64,000 nucleotides of DNA from an uncultured Actinomycetes bacterium (GTDB taxonomy: Bacteria > Actinomycetota > UBA4738 > HRBIN12): positions 166,184-230,183 of the forward strand of contig CAVXYE010000018.1 of NCBI GenBank assembly GCA_963765865.1, in the 5' to 3' direction. Numbering within the stretch: the stretch's first letter is position 1; every line of letters starts with the position of its first letter. A program made the translations under genes and the position numbers. The notes beneath the pieces were generated by a model. That model worked only from the letters and a program-made list of their open reading frames with translations. It was not told where the DNA came from and did not search any database. Of this stretch, positions 62,401 through 64,000 are shown piece after piece.

Positions 62401-63823
62401 GGGAGATCGCGGCCCGGCTCGGCGCGGGCACGGACCGCGTGCGCGAGGCGCTCGAGCGGCTTCAGATCGAGGGGCGCGTGGTCCACGGCGCGTTCCGCCC
62501 CGAGCGGCATCGAGCCCGAGTGGTGCGAGGTCGACGTGTTGCGCCGGATCCGCGCCCGCTCGCTCGCCGCCCTGCGGCGGGAGGTCGAACCGGTCGGCGC
62601 CGCCGCGCTCGCCCGGTTCCTGCCCGCATGGCAGGGAGCGGACCGCCCGCGCGGCGGCGCCGACGCCCTGCCCGAGGCGATCGCGAGGCTCCAGGGAGCC
62701 GCGATCCCGGCGTCCATCCTCGAGAGCGACGTCCTGCCCGCGCGCGTCCGCGGGTTCCGACCGGCGGATCTCGACGCGCTCTGCGCCAGCGGGGACCTGG
62801 TCTGGGTGGGAGCGGGAGCGCTCGGCGCCACCGACGGCCGCGTGTCGCTCCTGTACCGGGACCGTGCGGGGCTGCTCGCGCCGATCCCCGCCGCGCCGGA
62901 GGACCGGCCTGCCGGCCCGCTGCACGACGCGATCCGGGAGCGCCTCGCCGCCCGCGGCGCTTCGTTCTGGCCCGACCTCGTCGAGGCCGCCGGGACCGCG
63001 AACGAGGCGACGGTGCTGCGAGCCCTGTGGGATCTGGTGTGGGCCGGCGAGGTCACGAACGACACCCTCGCGCCCCTCCGGGCGTCGATCGGAGGCACCG
63101 GGTCGCGGCGCCCGCGGGCGGGCCGCGGATCCGCGCAGCGTCCCCGCCCGGGGACGCTGCGTCGCGCCGGCCCGCCCGCGGGCGCCGGCAGGTGGTCGCT
63201 CGTAACGGACGTCGTCCGCGACGTCCCCGGAGCGACCGAGCGAGCCCATGCGCTCGCGGCCCAGCTGCTGGACCGCCACGGCGTGGTGACGCGTGAGGCG
63301 ACCCTCGCCGAGGGGACGCCAGGCGGGTTCGCCGCCGTGTACCCGGTGCTCAAGCTGATGGAGGAAGCGGGCGCGGTCCGGCGCGGGTACTTCGTCGCCG
63401 GGCTCGGGGCGGCGCAGTTCGCCCATCCGGGCGCCGTCGATCGCCTCCGCACGCTCCGCGAGGGCGACGCCGGCGACGAGGTGGTCACCCTCGCCGCGGC
63501 CGACCCGGCCCAGCCGTACGGGGCGGCGCTCGCCTGGCCCGAGACCGCCGGCCGGCCGAGCCGGAGCGCCGGTGCCTACGTCGTGCTCGCGAACGGCGAA
63601 CCGGCGGCGTTCCTCGAACGAGGAGCGAAGACGCTCGTCACGTTCGGCGCCGACCCCGCGGCGGTGGGCCGACGCGCTCGCCGCGCTCGTGAAGGACGGC
63701 CGGGTCCGCCGGATCGAGCTCCGGCAGATCGACGGAACCGCGGCCGGCGACCACCCTGCGGCGGCCGTGCTCCGCGAGGTGGGCTTCGCGGACGGATATC
63801 GCGGCCTCACGCTCCGCGGGTAA
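59406..63823 (+). CDS. lhr: Lhr family SF2 helicase, long form; frameshifts near 62500 and 63660
   Basis: APTGSGKT, TTPESL, DEIH, SAT, HHGS, QRIGRAGH; C-terminal RRGYFVAGLGAAQFA and AADPAQPYG. Confidence 0.92.
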
Positions 63824-63832
63824 CCTCGCGAC

Positions 63833-64000
63833 ATGGAGCGATCGGCCTCGGGACCGACCTGGGCGATCGCCACGCCGCACGAGGAAGCGACGCGCGCGGG
63901 CGCCGACGCGTTCGAGCGTGGCGGCAACGCGGTCGACGCGGCGCTCCGCGCCGCCACCGTCCTCGCCGTCGCGTACCCGCACATGTGCGGCGTCGGCGGT
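63833..64000 (+). CDS. ggt: Gamma-glutamyltransferase family protein, N-terminus (runs off window)
   Basis: IATPH..AT.AG...GGNAVDAA...VLAVAYPHMCGVGG. Confidence 0.85.
   Translation, partial: MERSASGPTWAIATPHEEATRAGADAFERGGNAVDAALRAATVLAVAYPHMCGVGG

Overview
High-GC Actinomycetota chromosomal window (taxon inferred from gene content, rnpB context and promoter style); mostly housekeeping. It holds a SUF Fe-S operon (sufB-D-Rieske-C-S-U) with a sulfurtransferase and DUF59/SufT, a two-component pair, a lipoate cluster (gcvT, lpdA, two E1 alpha/beta pairs, one E2, lipB, lipA), an 8-PAS histidine kinase, mug, rnpB, rnhA, pirin/globin/dodecin, an accessory block of secreted proteins (~38-52 kb) below tRNA-Val(TAC), and lhr plus partial ggt. 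About 14 single-base frameshifts look like long-read errors. The best hidden signals are non-coding or sub-ORF: (i) three copies of an IscR/Rrf2-like 9-7-9 operator at sufB, sufD and the sulfurtransferase leader; (ii) an unannotated Cys-Cys leader peptide before the sulfurtransferase; (iii) a beta-carbonic anhydrase C-terminal remnant in frame after the sulfurtransferase UGA; (iv) three sigma28/WhiG-type promoters; (v) a degenerate-PAP2/RIO-like kinase membrane fusion next to a scramblase. All calls come from reading motifs by eye; no searches were run.
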